This document shows, in pieces, positions 45,873-57,721 of a stretch of DNA of 64,000 bases (position 1 is the stretch's first letter; each line of letters opens with the position of its first letter). The translations under genes and the position numbers were made by a program. Under the pieces are notes generated by a model. It had not been told where the DNA came from. It ran no database searches and saw only the letters and a list, made by a program, of their open reading frames with translations. Origin of the DNA: Corallochytrium limacisporum Hawaii (lineage: Eukaryota; Protista; Pluriformea); NCBI GenBank assembly GCA_002811645.1, contig PDIP01000003.1, positions 1-64,000 of the forward strand, written 5' to 3'.

Positions 45873-46356
45873 CTTCGAATACCACCCCGAGCTGCCCCGG
45901 GGCAAGTACCAGCAAAAAACCCCCCTTCCCCACTCTGGGGGGGCGGGGTTCTTTGTTCTCCTAAGGCCCAAAGGGTGGGGGTCTCTGGGGGGACACACTA
46001 CCACTGCCTTCCAACTTCGCTCCTGTGGCCACCGACCTCGGTCTGGCTTTAGGCGCGCGTGACAGTAAGGCTCTCTTCCTTTCGTTTTGCGCTCTGAGGC
46101 CTGGAAGGCAGGAACCAAGGGTTGTGCGGAAAGTAACTTTCTCTCCGGTTCTCGTTTGATTCGTTGCGCAGAAATGGAGCGTGTACGAATAATCCAGTTC
46201 GAGTGGCTTCGTGGTGTGTCTCATCTGCTCATTGACATTTGATAATTTGAGCTAGATCTGCCAAGCTATGTCAAGTACTGTTAACAAGGCTCTTATGTAT
46301 TGTATTAGCTAGCAGAAATCGTACAAAACAGAAATAAAGGCAACGGGTCATACATC

Positions 46357-49167
46357 ATGCCGGTTGAAAACAGACCATTGAGTCGCTCATTATTGGGCAA
46401 CTCTCAAGGCAACAGTCTCTCAGGCCTGGAACGGCATTCCAAGAGCATTGCACAGCCGGCAGCAACCAAGAGAACAGATGTCACAGCCCGGGGGTCTATG
46501 AAGGGAGCGCACAAAAAGAATGTTTCCAAGGGTGAACCCTTGGAGCTTCTGGCCTGTGCTACTGCGGGAGGAGTAGTACGGCTTTGGGCTGTAGATCAGC
46601 AGGGTGCTGTCTCGGATGACAGCCAGAGCACACTTCGCAAGCGCGTGGGTGGCAGCGACAAGCCTGGGCCACCATCTGGACTTTCCAGCCCTGCGGTGCG
46701 GTCCAGTCGACTCCACCGCCAGTTTTCACCGAACGGTGGCCTACGCCTCAAAGGTAGTCTATATGCCGACGCCAACAGTGCCAGCACCAACAATGAACCT
46801 TCAGCTATCACTCCGCGCAAGGGTGGGCCCAGCGCTGCAGGTAACGATGCCGGACCGGTGAACTGCATTGCGTGGAGCAATAATGGCCAGGTGGTGGCAT
46901 CAGTGGGTGGATCCACACCCGGCATTGCATTGAATCACTGCAGCGGTGTGTTGCTGGTGCGGATCCTGCCTGAACACTTCCGGGAGTCTCAGCTAAATGG
47001 CGCACAGAACCAGTCCGCCACCAATTCAGCCCAAGCACCGCTCAGTGTGGCATGGTCTCCTGACGCTACACAGTTGGTCACGGCCGGTCCTGACAACTAT
47101 GTGCGTCTGTGGGATGCCCGGAAAAAGTGTTTGGCCAAGGAAGTGTTGTGCTCCGCGAACGGCACCGAAGAAGAGGTGGCCGCGGCAAAGGACTCTTGCG
47201 TGTATGCCACCTTCTTTGTAATGGATCCGCGTTTGGTCGCGTTCGGTACCTCCAACGGCCACGTTGGAGTCATCAACACGGCCACGGGCATGCTTCAGAC
47301 TGGAGCCGGGAAGAATGGCCGAGGTCTGCTTGCCACCCCGCAGTTTGCGGGCGTTGTAAAGCTCGCCACGAGCCCTTCACGGCGAAATCAAATAGCCGTC
47401 GTCGATGAACGGGGCCATCTTAATCTCTATGACACCGCTTTGAACAAATTGCTGGGTAGCGTCCGCGCTCACAACGCTCCATGCACGGACGTCAGCTACG
47501 GCCCAACCGCTGGTACCGGCCCTGCAGCCAACTGCCTCGCCACGGCCGGCCTGGACCGCACGGTTCTGGTTTGGGATCCCTCGACGGTGAAGGGATCATC
47601 TGCTGCCCCTTTGCTGCGTATCAGCTGCCAATCCCCGGCCACTGCCCTGGCCCTGCACACCAGTGGCGTGGCCTGCCTCGTTGGCACTTTAGATGGATCC
47701 ATTCTGAGCTACGATCTGCGCAACCCTTCTGCGCCTCTGTCTACGGTCACGAGCTCCAGCACCACTGTCACTGCAACCGGCACTTCACGAGAGGATCTGC
47801 AGTCCTCCGGGGACGGTGACCGGGCCATCACGAGTCTTTCCTTTCAGCCTGCGACAGGAAGTCCCGCACAAAACTCTGGCACTGCCGGTGCCGTTCCAAA
47901 GCCCGCGACGTCTAAACCCACTGCCTCTGCTGCTGCTCCCGGCACACTGACAAAGGGAGCAGTACCATTGAAAGCGAACGTGGACGACGTTCTTCTCGGT
48001 GGGGGCACTGCACTGCAGCGTTCCGTACTCAAACGAAACGCTGTAGCCGCCGCTGCCGCGAAGAAAGCTGACGGAGAGGACAAGGAGAACAGCCCATCTC
48101 CACCCCGGCGCGTGACGCCCCATGCTGCTATGCTGCCGCCCGCCGCAGGCCCTGGTGGCAGTGGTGGTATTGGGCTCTTCAGTCCAATCACCAGTGGCCC
48201 GGTAAGTCGCTTGGGCGGTGATGGAGGCACGAGGAATATCGATGAAAAGCCGCCTCCACGTTCTCACCTACGGGCGTCCCCTATGGGAGCACAGGAGGCC
48301 ATGGCACACCGTCTGGCGCTAGAAAAGTCGGACGAGAAGCCAGCGGTGATGGTCTCTCCTCCTGCTCAGCTGATGCGATCGCAGTCCTCTGCTGTACGAG
48401 CGATTGAGCCCGAACCTGAGCCTGCCCCTGAGCCCGTCCCCGAGCCCGCCCCCGAGCCTGCTCTCCAAACGGCTACTGCAACCGTGGAACGGTCGACAAA
48501 GACTGAGCAGCCGCCTGAGCCCCAGCAAATGCAGTCTCAGCAGCCAAACTCAGCGGGCAGCAAGTCCATGACATCAATGTACTCACAGCCACCGATGACG
48601 CCGCTGAACGAACAAAAGCAGCGACAGCAGCGCATACGCGAGCGACTTGCGCAGCGCAGGACAGAGCGAGAGCAGCAGTCTCAGTCGCAAACATCTTCAA
48701 CCTTGCTGCAATCTAAGCAGACGCAACAGTTGCAAACGACCCAAGATTCCATCAGTCCACGCAGTCCCGTGCACCTGCACACGAACGCGAATATTCCAAC
48801 AGGGCATGCAAAGGCTAAGGAACGAGAACAGTTGCACTCGTCGACCGCCCATGACGATTCGGCGGTAGTTGAAAGTGAAAAATCTGCGACCACTCCAAGC
48901 GCCGGGGAAGCGACAGCAACCACAGCTTCAGGGACTGGCGCTCTGGATGCCCAGCTCCTTCGGTCGCTTGTAGACGACTCCATAGACGAATTGCGCTGGG
49001 AGGTGCGCGAGGATGTTCAGAACCTTCATGTCGACATGCTTCGCCAAATGGCCGAAGTCAAGGACATGCTTTCCGAGGTGTTGAGGCAGGCAACGCCGAC
49101 CAGTGCACTGCTAGCGGAGCTGGCCCAGTTGCGAGAGGAGAATAAGCGGCTCCGTGGGGAGTTCTGA
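46357..49167 (+). CDS. NEDD1: NEDD1/GCP-WD gamma-TuRC targeting factor, 936 aa
   Basis: WD40 repeats (AHNAPCTDVSY, ATAGLDRTVLVWD, VGTLDGSILSYDLR) plus C-terminal DVQNLHVDMLRQ..LAQLREENKRLRGEF. Confidence 0.88.
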   Translation: MPVENRPLSRSLLGNSQGNSLSGLERHSKSIAQPAATKRTDVTARGSMKGAHKKNVSKGEPLELLACATAGGVVRLWAVDQQGAVSDDSQSTLRKRVGGSDKPGPPSGLSSPAVRSSRLHRQFSPNGGLRLKGSLYADANSASTNNEPSAITPRKGGPSAAGNDAGPVNCIAWSNNGQVVASVGGSTPGIALNHCSGVLLVRILPEHFRESQLNGAQNQSATNSAQAPLSVAWSPDATQLVTAGPDNYVRLWDARKKCLAKEVLCSANGTEEEVAAAKDSCVYATFFVMDPRLVAFGTSNGHVGVINTATGMLQTGAGKNGRGLLATPQFAGVVKLATSPSRRNQIAVVDERGHLNLYDTALNKLLGSVRAHNAPCTDVSYGPTAGTGPAANCLATAGLDRTVLVWDPSTVKGSSAAPLLRISCQSPATALALHTSGVACLVGTLDGSILSYDLRNPSAPLSTVTSSSTTVTATGTSREDLQSSGDGDRAITSLSFQPATGSPAQNSGTAGAVPKPATSKPTASAAAPGTLTKGAVPLKANVDDVLLGGGTALQRSVLKRNAVAAAAAKKADGEDKENSPSPPRRVTPHAAMLPPAAGPGGSGGIGLFSPITSGPVSRLGGDGGTRNIDEKPPPRSHLRASPMGAQEAMAHRLALEKSDEKPAVMVSPPAQLMRSQSSAVRAIEPEPEPAPEPVPEPAPEPALQTATATVERSTKTEQPPEPQQMQSQQPNSAGSKSMTSMYSQPPMTPLNEQKQRQQRIRERLAQRRTEREQQSQSQTSSTLLQSKQTQQLQTTQDSISPRSPVHLHTNANIPTGHAKAKEREQLHSSTAHDDSAVVESEKSATTPSAGEATATTASGTGALDAQLLRSLVDDSIDELRWEVREDVQNLHVDMLRQMAEVKDMLSEVLRQATPTSALLAELAQLREENKRLRGEF

Positions 49168-49258
49168 ACTCAAGAAGGAGCACATAAACAACAGAAGAAA
49201 CAGAATCTAAATCGTCTAAACTACTCCATATTTTGATACAACAGTTCAGCTGATGCGC

Positions 49259-49654
49259 TTACTTGCGATCATGCTCTTTCCTAGCTCCGAGATCGATCCG
49301 ATTCTGCGTCGCGCCCGTCACGGTGCCTCGCCGGGGGATGTAGGCGAAGGCTGCGCCCCTTGTATGCGAGTCCTGGAAACTCTTCAATCTTCGTTCTCCC
49401 TGCCGCAGAAAGTATTCAATCTGATTCACAGCCATCTTTGGCAGTGTTTTGTTTTTGTCAAACTCCCGTCTAACCATTGTGTAGAATTGAGGCTGCTGAT
49501 CTTCAGGCTTTTCCTTGATCGCTCGAAGGAAAGCTCTGTACTGCGCCAGGACCCGCTTCTGCAGGCCACTGTGGCGGACAAACTTTTTCGGTCCTTTGGC
49601 ATTGGCTGCAGCAGCCTTCAGGGCCTGTGACGCTGCATTCGCTGGTGGTGGCAT
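49259..49654 (-). CDS. SDHAF1: Succinate dehydrogenase assembly factor 1 (LYR family), 131 aa
   Basis: RHSGLQKRVLAQYRAFLR..VRREF..IEYFLRQGERRL. Confidence 0.88.
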   Translation of the reverse strand: MPPPANAASQALKAAAANAKGPKKFVRHSGLQKRVLAQYRAFLRAIKEKPEDQQPQFYTMVRREFDKNKTLPKMAVNQIEYFLRQGERRLKSFQDSHTRGAAFAYIPRRGTVTGATQNRIDLGARKEHDRK

Positions 49655-51438
49655 AATCTGTCTCTCTCTCTCTGTCTCTTGCTAACTAGGTGGTGTCGCG
49701 ACAGAGGACAGTATTCTGGCCAGTACCTGCGGGAACTACGTGTGGATTGTCACTTTGCGTCGCATCATCTCCTTGTTCTCTTGCTTTCTTTAACAATTTA
49801 TTACCTACCATCGCAATATGACTGTACTTTCCGACAAGTTCGTGTTCGGACTCAGCTGCATTCTTTCTATACCATGCCGTCTGCAACAGTGCAAGAATGC
49901 GGCCACTACCTACACCCTTCGCGACCGCCCAAGGGTGTCCTGGCCCTCTGTCACCCCCCAGCTGACCGACGGGTACAAATCCAAAATAAAATCAAAAAAT
50001 CAATCCTGCGAAAATTCTATTTATTTTTATTATGAATATGAAAAGAAATCTAACTTGGCATACTGTGGGCAAGTTTTCCTTAATAATTACCACACAGACG
50101 GCACCGATTTTCAGGTCTGATTCAATTCCCGTCCACCCCCTCTCCCGGTGTTCATTTCGGGGCCTAATTTGGTGAGGGAAAAAAGCGGGGAGGGGAGGGA
50201 GCACAGCGGGCCCCGCTGGTGGCACTGTGAGAAAAACCGAACCGAGCTCCTGCGTTCTCCCGACCCGCCGTCCCTCGGGGAGTGCGTCAGCCATAGAAAA
50301 TGTACGAAACGAGCCACGGTGGGAAAATTTTCTCTCTCTTTTGTTCTGCCCCCCCCCCCCCCTCCNNNNNNNNNNNNNNNNNNNNNNNNNNNNNNNNNNN
50401 NNNNNNGAAAATTTTCTCTCTCTTTTGTTCTGCCCCCCCCCCCCCTTCCCTTCTTTGGACTCTGCCCTTTTTCGCTCTTTTTCGCTTGTGTTCCCAAGTC
50501 TCTCTCTCTCTCTCTCGCTCTCTCTCACCCCCGCGATTTTTTGCCTGACTCTGCGCAAGCGGCCCACACCGAAAAACTGGCCGGCCCACCTTCGGAATTT
50601 TGTCCCCGCGGAGCAATTGGAAAGACACAGAAACACTCGGACCCCACACACACACACACACAGAGCACCGCCTGTGTCCGCGTTGCGGAAGGGTCTGCTT
50701 TTGCCAGCAAGCAAGCATGCAAGAGTGAGTGCGACTGTGCGTGTGTGGGGCCCGGGGACGGGGATGGGACGGAACGGGAATGTGTGTCTGTCTGTGTGTG
50801 TGTGTGTGTGTGCGTGCGTGCGTACGTACGTACGAGAATCATCCCCGGGAACAAGAAATGTAGAGAGAGAGAGAGAGATCTCGCACAGTGCGATTGTTTG
50901 GGGCCCCCTGACACACACGTACACAACACTCACGGAGAGAAAGCTCAGCACGCACGCACACACTCCGACAACTGCGCATTCCCAAAAAGAAACCGTGGGG
51001 AAGTTTTTTTTTTCCTTTCTTCTTTTTCCCTTTTGTTTCTCTCCCACTTTTTCCCTTGGCCGGCCCCAGGAGCAGAAAGGCAGTTTGCCGGTGGTTTCGT
51101 CTGTCGTGGCCCTGAATTACTTTTTATTGCCGTTCGCTCCGAACACGAGATGTGACCATCGGCGGCGCGTTCCCTTGTTGTTGTCTGGGAAGGACAGGTT
51201 GGCATTCATAATGAATGCAGTCCTCTAGGTTTGTATGTCTGTGTGGAGGACGCAAGACGTTGGCCGTGTCGGCAAGTCGAAGCTATGAGAAGCACCGTGC
51301 AGCTTAGAGTCGCACAGACTATATAGCCATTGTTGACATAGGGAATCTATCAATAGACGGGCCTGTGTTTATTCACTTCGGTTCGAAACTAAATTCGGGA
51401 GTATTCAACACTGTCAAATACACAAGTCCGTAACAAAG

Positions 51439-52704
51439 ATGCTGCGCACCGCAATCAACGCCAGCCGCCGCCCCGCCGTCGCTGCCCTGCAGCAACTGCG
51501 CCCCATGGCTCTGGGCAGTGCCCAGATCACTGCGCGTAACATGTCCCTGGCAGCCCTGGACCCTGGTCTGGGACTCAGTGACGAAGCCAAGGAATTCCAG
51601 ACGATGGCTCTCCAGTTCGCTCAGAACGAGCTTGCGCCCAATATGCAGGAATGGGATCAGACCGACGAATTCCCAGTTGAGACCATGCGGAAGATGGCAG
51701 AGCTTGGCTTCGGCGGTATCTACACCCGCCCCGACTACGGTGGCACCGGCCTCTCCCGCCTGGATGCCAGCGTCATCTTTGAGGCTCTGAGCTACGGATG
51801 CGTCTCCACGACCGCGTACATGACTATCCAGAATATGTGCACCTGGATGGTGGATGAGTTCGGCACCGAAGAGCAGCGTGCCCAGTGGGTGCCCGAGATG
51901 GCGTCACTGAACAAGTTTGCGTCCTACTGCCTGACTGAGCCCGGCTCCGGCTCCGATGCCGCCGCCATGTTGACCACTGCGAAGAAGGACGGGGATCACT
52001 ACGTTCTGAACGGTGGCAAGGCCTTCATCTCCGGTGGTGGTCACTCTGACATCTACCTTGTGATGTGCCGCACCGGTGACAAGAGCGCTAGGGGCATCTC
52101 CTGCATCCTGGTGGAGAAGGACACCCCGGGACTGGATTTCGGTAAGAAGGAGGACAAGCTTGGATGGCGCAACCAGCCCACCCGCCAGGTTATTTTCGAA
52201 GACTGCCGGGTGCCGGTGAGCAATCTGCTGGGTAAGGAAGGCCAGGGCTTCAACATGGCCATGAAGGGACTGAATGGTGGCCGCATCAACATTGCTTCCA
52301 CCTCTCTGGGTGCTGCCTGGGCCTCTATCGACCTTGCTCGCGATCATATTCTCACCCGTAAGCAATTTGGAAAGCCAATTGGTGAGAACCAGTACATTGC
52401 CTTCAAGTTTGCCGAGATGGCCATCAAGATGAACTCCGCTCGTCTGATGGTGCGTGAGGCTGCCCGTCAGGTCGATGCCGGCAACAAGGCCGCGCCTTCC
52501 TTCGCTGCCATGGCCAAGGTAGCTGCAACTGATGCTGCCTTCGAGATTGCAAACCAGTCCCTGCAGATGCACGGAGGCTACGGTTATCTGAAGGACTACA
52601 AGATTCAGCAGTACCTGCGCGACTGCCGTGTGAACCAGATTCTGGAAGGCACCAACGAGGTCATGCGCATGATCATTAGCCGCGATCTGCTCAGCGACAA
52701 GTAA
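51439..52704 (+). CDS. ACAD8: Mitochondrial isobutyryl-CoA dehydrogenase, 421 aa
   Basis: Presequence; [65 protein letters not shown]. Confidence 0.95.
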   Translation: MLRTAINASRRPAVAALQQLRPMALGSAQITARNMSLAALDPGLGLSDEAKEFQTMALQFAQNELAPNMQEWDQTDEFPVETMRKMAELGFGGIYTRPDYGGTGLSRLDASVIFEALSYGCVSTTAYMTIQNMCTWMVDEFGTEEQRAQWVPEMASLNKFASYCLTEPGSGSDAAAMLTTAKKDGDHYVLNGGKAFISGGGHSDIYLVMCRTGDKSARGISCILVEKDTPGLDFGKKEDKLGWRNQPTRQVIFEDCRVPVSNLLGKEGQGFNMAMKGLNGGRINIASTSLGAAWASIDLARDHILTRKQFGKPIGENQYIAFKFAEMAIKMNSARLMVREAARQVDAGNKAAPSFAAMAKVAATDAAFEIANQSLQMHGGYGYLKDYKIQQYLRDCRVNQILEGTNEVMRMIISRDLLSDK

Positions 52705-53057
52705 ACACTCACTGCATTATGAAGGACACCAATCTCATCCACACCACCAGCATCGTTGTAACCATCATATCATCCAACAAATCCATTCGAATCATCATTT
52801 GGTCGACTTCTTACTTGAACTAGAAATATGAATAGAGAACTACATCAGTATAGTCAAAAAACCATCGTAGCATAGCCTAATCTCCCTTCGATACAGAAAC
52901 CCTGTGACTGTTGATCTTGCTGATCATCACCACTCCACGCACACACACACACACCATCATCATCATCATCTCTTCCCCTTGCGTCAAATCGCCCAACCTC
53001 GGACCTTTCAAGCCCAGGCAACCGCCCCACTTTCGACGCCGATCGCTCGCTTTGGGT

Positions 53058-53227
53058 CCCCCCCCCTCCCCGCAGGGAACACCCCCCCCCCGGGGGGTCG
53101 GGGGGCCTTGGCTTAACCCACCCATCGCTACACACACCCCCCCCCCCCCGCAGGGAACCCCCCCCCCCCCGGGGGGTCGGGGGGCCTTGGCTTAACCCAC
53201 CCATCGCTACACACACACACACACACA
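53058..53227. repeat. Tandem duplication, period about 78 nt, each copy containing a CnGn palindrome
   Basis: CGCAGGGAAC(C)nGGGGGGTCGGGGGGCCTTGGCTTAACCCACCCATCGCTACACAC at 53071 and 53149. Confidence 0.9.
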
Positions 53228-54411
53228 CCCTTCTACTCCTCCCCTGAGGCCCAGGAGAGAGTAACACAGGCCCGCCCCCGGCCTCAGCGCTCTATTAAAA
53301 ACCCGTGCCAAGCCACCCACCGCCACACAAGCGCAAAGCGACGAAGCGCCGACCGACCCAAAAAAAAAAAAGAAAGAAAAAAATCGCGTTCAAAAGAAAA
53401 GGAAAAGAAAGAAAAGAAGGAAATAAAAAAACACAAAAGAAACACACACAAAAAGGAAACCGGCGCGAGAGTCCGTAATACCCGCACGCCCCGGCTTTCA
53501 TTCTTTTCTTCTTTTATAGCCCCGGTCCAAAAGGTTTTTAACTTTTTGAAAGCAAGCAGGAGAGAGTGGAGAGTAGAGAATTGAGACTTTTGGCTCCAGG
53601 TCTCCAAGCCGGGAGAGGTAGCGCCGGAGGGGGGGGGGGGGAAGGAAGGNNNNNNNNNNNNNNNNNNNNNNNNNNNNNNNNNNNNNNNNNNNNNNNNNNN
53701 NNNNNNNNNNNNNNNNNNNNNNNNNNNNNNNNNNNNNNNNNNNNNNNNNNNNNNNNNNNNNNNNNNNNNNNNNNNNNNNNNNNNNNNNNNNNNNNNNNNN
53801 NNNNNNNNNNNNNNNNNNNNNNNNNNNNNNNNNCCCGCCCGCCCGGGGTTGTGACGCGGTAGTTGGGTTTGGTTCTTCCTTCTTTTTTCTTTTTACTTTT
53901 TTGATTGCGGCCTCTTTCTGTTCTCCTTTTTCGGTTCTGCGCTGTGGTGGCCGGGCCAAAGTTTTACAGGGGACGTCTGTGGGTGCCGTTGTGTGTTCTG
54001 TTTTTGCATTGTGTTTTTTTTTAGGATTACGCGTTTGATGTTGCGCAGTCCTTATCGGCTCTTACTTCCATTCCTTTAGGTTGGTGTTGGAAGCTTTGTG
54101 ATGTTGTCATCATTATTATCAAGTTATACGTGGATGAAAAGCTATACGGGAGTATCCGGGTGTTGATCTCAGCGGCGGATTGTAGACGGTAACGCTATCG
54201 GGGACGAGATTGACAACCCCTCCTGTATCCCTCAGAAATTAGGGAAACGCATGACTAGACTAAGGGCTTAGGATAGTCGAGATAATGTAAGAATCCTTTC
54301 ATTGGCCCTGTGCTCCCTTCCGAGGGCGCGCGGGCCATTCGCTTCGAGGCAAAACAGACACGAAACATTTCATAAGTAGTTGAACCTTAGACAGAAACAG
54401 AACTCCACACC

Positions 54412-57400
54412 ATGCCCACACCATACCGATCGGACGAACGATTCGAGGAGGAGGAGGATATCGATGACGGAATGGCAGCTCCACCGTCACGATCAGGTTG
54501 CTGTAGCTGCTGTGGCGGGTTTCGTCGAAAGCGGAGATTACCACACTCAACGAATGCAGGATCGCAACTACCGCAACCGCCGGACGACAGCGCGCGGCGC
54601 CGGTCTACGCTTGGTTCCTGGTTTGGTGGGTCCGTTAGAGGGAGGTTCCGATTGGGGCAATACAGATCCTTTGAAGACGTGAGCAACGAAGAAGGGGTAG
54701 CCGAGTCGAGTGCGCTGGCGTACAGAGGGGACCCCACAGACCAACGCCGGGCTCGTGCAGCCGCCGTAGCACGGGCAGAGCATCATGGACTGACGGAAAT
54801 CACTGCACAAAAGCCACGTGGGCCGACCGGGACGTCAGAAGTGCACGAAGATGCGCATGGCTCAGGCATTGGACTTCGCGGTGTACTGCGGCGGTCGCTG
54901 CAGCGGCAGAGCAACGAGAGCAACGACGGAGGTAGTGGAGTTGCCAGTGGTGGCAACGTCCGGGCCCCGATGCCCGCCCAGGCCGCGTTCGGCTACGGAC
55001 CACACGGAGAACGATTCAGCCAGGACAGTGTCGTGCAAGGGGACGATGACTTCGCCTTCCTCGGGAACATGCACACCATTGGCAGTGGAGGTAGCCACCA
55101 CCACCATCATCAGCATCACTCCTCAGGGGGCCGACATAGGCGCAACAGTTCTAACCTAAGTAGCAGCGCCAATGTCTCTGCCTTGGCTCTCCAGTCTACT
55201 TCACCGTTTCAACCGTCGACTACGCGTCATCCGCGGCACCAACGGAACAGTAGCTTGGCGTCAACGCCACAGAATTACTATGGTACCGCATCCGGCCAAG
55301 CGCAGTACGGCAGTAACATCCTGGGCAGTGCCGGCCGCGACAGTCCACTATTTGACAGCAGCCAGCGATCGTCGATCTCTTCGGCGCAGTACGTTGCCGG
55401 TGGTGGGAACGTACCACAATCACCGTTCCAACCGCAGCCACCGCAGCCGTCTGCACAGCACGGACACCGCCGCAAGTCGTCAATGCGAACGTCACTTTCG
55501 TCGTCGAGCGGTCCGCCAATGAGGCGCTCCTCTGCAACCTCTGCAGACTCTCCACAGGCACAGATCCCGGGTGGCCATGGCGGCGGCACCAAGCGGCGCA
55601 GTGGCAACACTGGCCCGCAGTCGCACTTTCTGCGTACATCGTCTTCGCTCACTGTAGAGACGCATCCACAGGACACACAAGCGGCTGCGATCACGCGCCG
55701 GCGCAACTTATTCTTGCAGCGGAAACATTACAGATTCCTGGCACAGGTAAACACCACGGACGAATCGAAGCCAAGGACCGACAGCGATGACCTGAGCTCA
55801 ATCACAGCCCCATGCAACGATGCTGCACTGGACATTTGGTTCCAGGGCCTCGGTATCGACAGGTACCAACCACTGAAGGTGCTTGGGCGCGGAGACACAG
55901 GCCTTGTCATGCTCGTACGTGACAAACAGCCGAACGACTACGGTGACGAGGTGTGTGCTGTGAAAATATTTGACAAGAAGGACCTCATCCGGCGCCAGAA
56001 GGTCCGGCGGTGCCTTACAGAGGCAACGGTTCTGGCGTCGGTGGACCATCCCTTGCTTGCCAAGCTCTACGCCTCATTTCAAACACCTGAGCGATTGTAC
56101 CTGGCTATGGCCTACTGTCCCGGAGGTGAGCTGTTCCGGCTCGTTCAGTCACAGCCACGCGGCTATCTCACGGAGTCGGCGGCCCGCTTTTACACCGCAG
56201 AGGTGGTGCTGGCTCTTGAATACCTGCATTTGCAGGGCTTCGTCTACAGAGACCTGAAGCCGGAAAACATTCTGCTGCAGGCGTCCGGTCATGTCTGTCT
56301 GGTTGACTTTGATTTGGTTAAGGCGACAAACCAACCCGACTCGAGCAGAGCCACTGAACGCAAGGACGGTGCCAGTAAGGCCAACGCAACAGATCAGATG
56401 CTGTGGCTGAACCAACCGGAGCCAGAAGACGAGGACGGCGAAGGTGAAGGCGATGGGAGCCGCAGAGGTCAGCGCAATCTGAGCGGCAGCAGCAGCAGAA
56501 CACTGAACGCCATCAATGCTCGGCTTCGTCAGCAGCTATCCGCTGCACCTGCCGCGCTAAATCGTTTGGTCAAGCGTAGCAACAGCCAGAACCCACCAGG
56601 TGAGCGGCAGGATGCTTCGGACGCGGGACTGCAGGTACCAGGGCGCAGTGTGACTTCTGGAGGGTCAGAGGCTACGTCTGCAACGACAACGATGGGCACG
56701 AAGACGGACACAGAGACTCAAGACAGTGCTGGCGCTGCCACTGCGTCCGTGCTGAATGCCAACGTCACAAGTAATAATAGCAGCTCAAGCACACTTCCCC
56801 TCGTTCCTCCGAAATCGCCCGGACGCACCAGTACACCACAGGGTGGTATCGTTGCACTGGATACTCGTTCCTTTGTGCAAGTTGTCGCAAACTCCTTTGT
56901 CGGCACAGCCGAATATTTGGCCCCCGAGGTCATTACTGGCGAGGGCCATGACTCGGCAGTAGATTGGTGGAGCGTTGGCATTCTGCTGTACGAAATGCTC
57001 TGCGGGTACACGCCTTTCAGAGGGCCCAATCGAACAATGACTTTTGCGAACATTCTGCGGGGACGCATGATTTTCCCGGACGAACTGGACGACGATGACT
57101 TCGATGTAGGTGGTGGTGCTGGGAGCCCCGGTATCGAGTCCAAACACCCGCCCATCAGTGCCTCCGCCAAGGACCTTATCCGCTCCCTCGTGACCACGGC
57201 TGATCGTCGCCTCGGCTCCTCACACGGTGCGGCGGATCTGAAGATGCACCGTTTCTTCCGAACCATGGACTGGAACTTGATTTACAACATGGAGCCACCG
57301 TTCCGATTTTGGGATAGCATGCCGACAGCTGCGGGGTTGCAGCAGGAGCTGGCGGAACGGACTGCAACCGGTGGTGGCAGCGACGACCAGCCCACTGCGA

Positions 57401-57561
57401 AGGAGCTGAACAGGCTGTTCCGTGGCCCTGCCTCTGCAGCCGATGAGGGGTTCAAGGAAACGCCATCCACGTCCACGACCTCGTCAACATCGAAGTCGAA
57501 AGGTGGCGAACCGGCCAAGGACCCTTTTGCTTCGTTCGTGAGCGTTATTCGCTTGCCATGA
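54412..57561 (+). CDS. AGC kinase of the Nrc-2/Kin82/Fpk1 (AGCVIII/phototropin-like) group, 1049 aa
   Basis: LGRGDTGLV, YCPGGELF, YRDLKPENILL, DFDL in place of DFG, long VII-VIII insert, ANSFVGTAEYLAPE, AVDWW, C-terminal DPFASF. Confidence 0.92.
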   Translation: MPTPYRSDERFEEEEDIDDGMAAPPSRSGCCSCCGGFRRKRRLPHSTNAGSQLPQPPDDSARRRSTLGSWFGGSVRGRFRLGQYRSFEDVSNEEGVAESSALAYRGDPTDQRRARAAAVARAEHHGLTEITAQKPRGPTGTSEVHEDAHGSGIGLRGVLRRSLQRQSNESNDGGSGVASGGNVRAPMPAQAAFGYGPHGERFSQDSVVQGDDDFAFLGNMHTIGSGGSHHHHHQHHSSGGRHRRNSSNLSSSANVSALALQSTSPFQPSTTRHPRHQRNSSLASTPQNYYGTASGQAQYGSNILGSAGRDSPLFDSSQRSSISSAQYVAGGGNVPQSPFQPQPPQPSAQHGHRRKSSMRTSLSSSSGPPMRRSSATSADSPQAQIPGGHGGGTKRRSGNTGPQSHFLRTSSSLTVETHPQDTQAAAITRRRNLFLQRKHYRFLAQVNTTDESKPRTDSDDLSSITAPCNDAALDIWFQGLGIDRYQPLKVLGRGDTGLVMLVRDKQPNDYGDEVCAVKIFDKKDLIRRQKVRRCLTEATVLASVDHPLLAKLYASFQTPERLYLAMAYCPGGELFRLVQSQPRGYLTESAARFYTAEVVLALEYLHLQGFVYRDLKPENILLQASGHVCLVDFDLVKATNQPDSSRATERKDGASKANATDQMLWLNQPEPEDEDGEGEGDGSRRGQRNLSGSSSRTLNAINARLRQQLSAAPAALNRLVKRSNSQNPPGERQDASDAGLQVPGRSVTSGGSEATSATTTMGTKTDTETQDSAGAATASVLNANVTSNNSSSSTLPLVPPKSPGRTSTPQGGIVALDTRSFVQVVANSFVGTAEYLAPEVITGEGHDSAVDWWSVGILLYEMLCGYTPFRGPNRTMTFANILRGRMIFPDELDDDDFDVGGGAGSPGIESKHPPISASAKDLIRSLVTTADRRLGSSHGAADLKMHRFFRTMDWNLIYNMEPPFRFWDSMPTAAGLQQELAERTATGGGSDDQPTAKELNRLFRGPASAADEGFKETPSTSTTSSTSKSKGGEPAKDPFASFVSVIRLP

Positions 57562-57721
57562 GAGCTATTGGCCTTGGTTTGTGTTGACATTGCATTATGT
57601 ACATATGTAGGACCAACCCAAATCTAGCCAAGTTAATCAGTACGTTAGAAAAAAAAGTAAAGCATATACTGTACAACTTCCACAGTCACACCAAATGTAT
57701 GACAAATGGTTACCTTTTAGT

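Noticed and set aside
50322-50445. Direct repeat flanking the N gap
   Set aside because: The same sequence ending in a C homopolymer on both sides of a gap is typical of a scaffolding overlap artefact.
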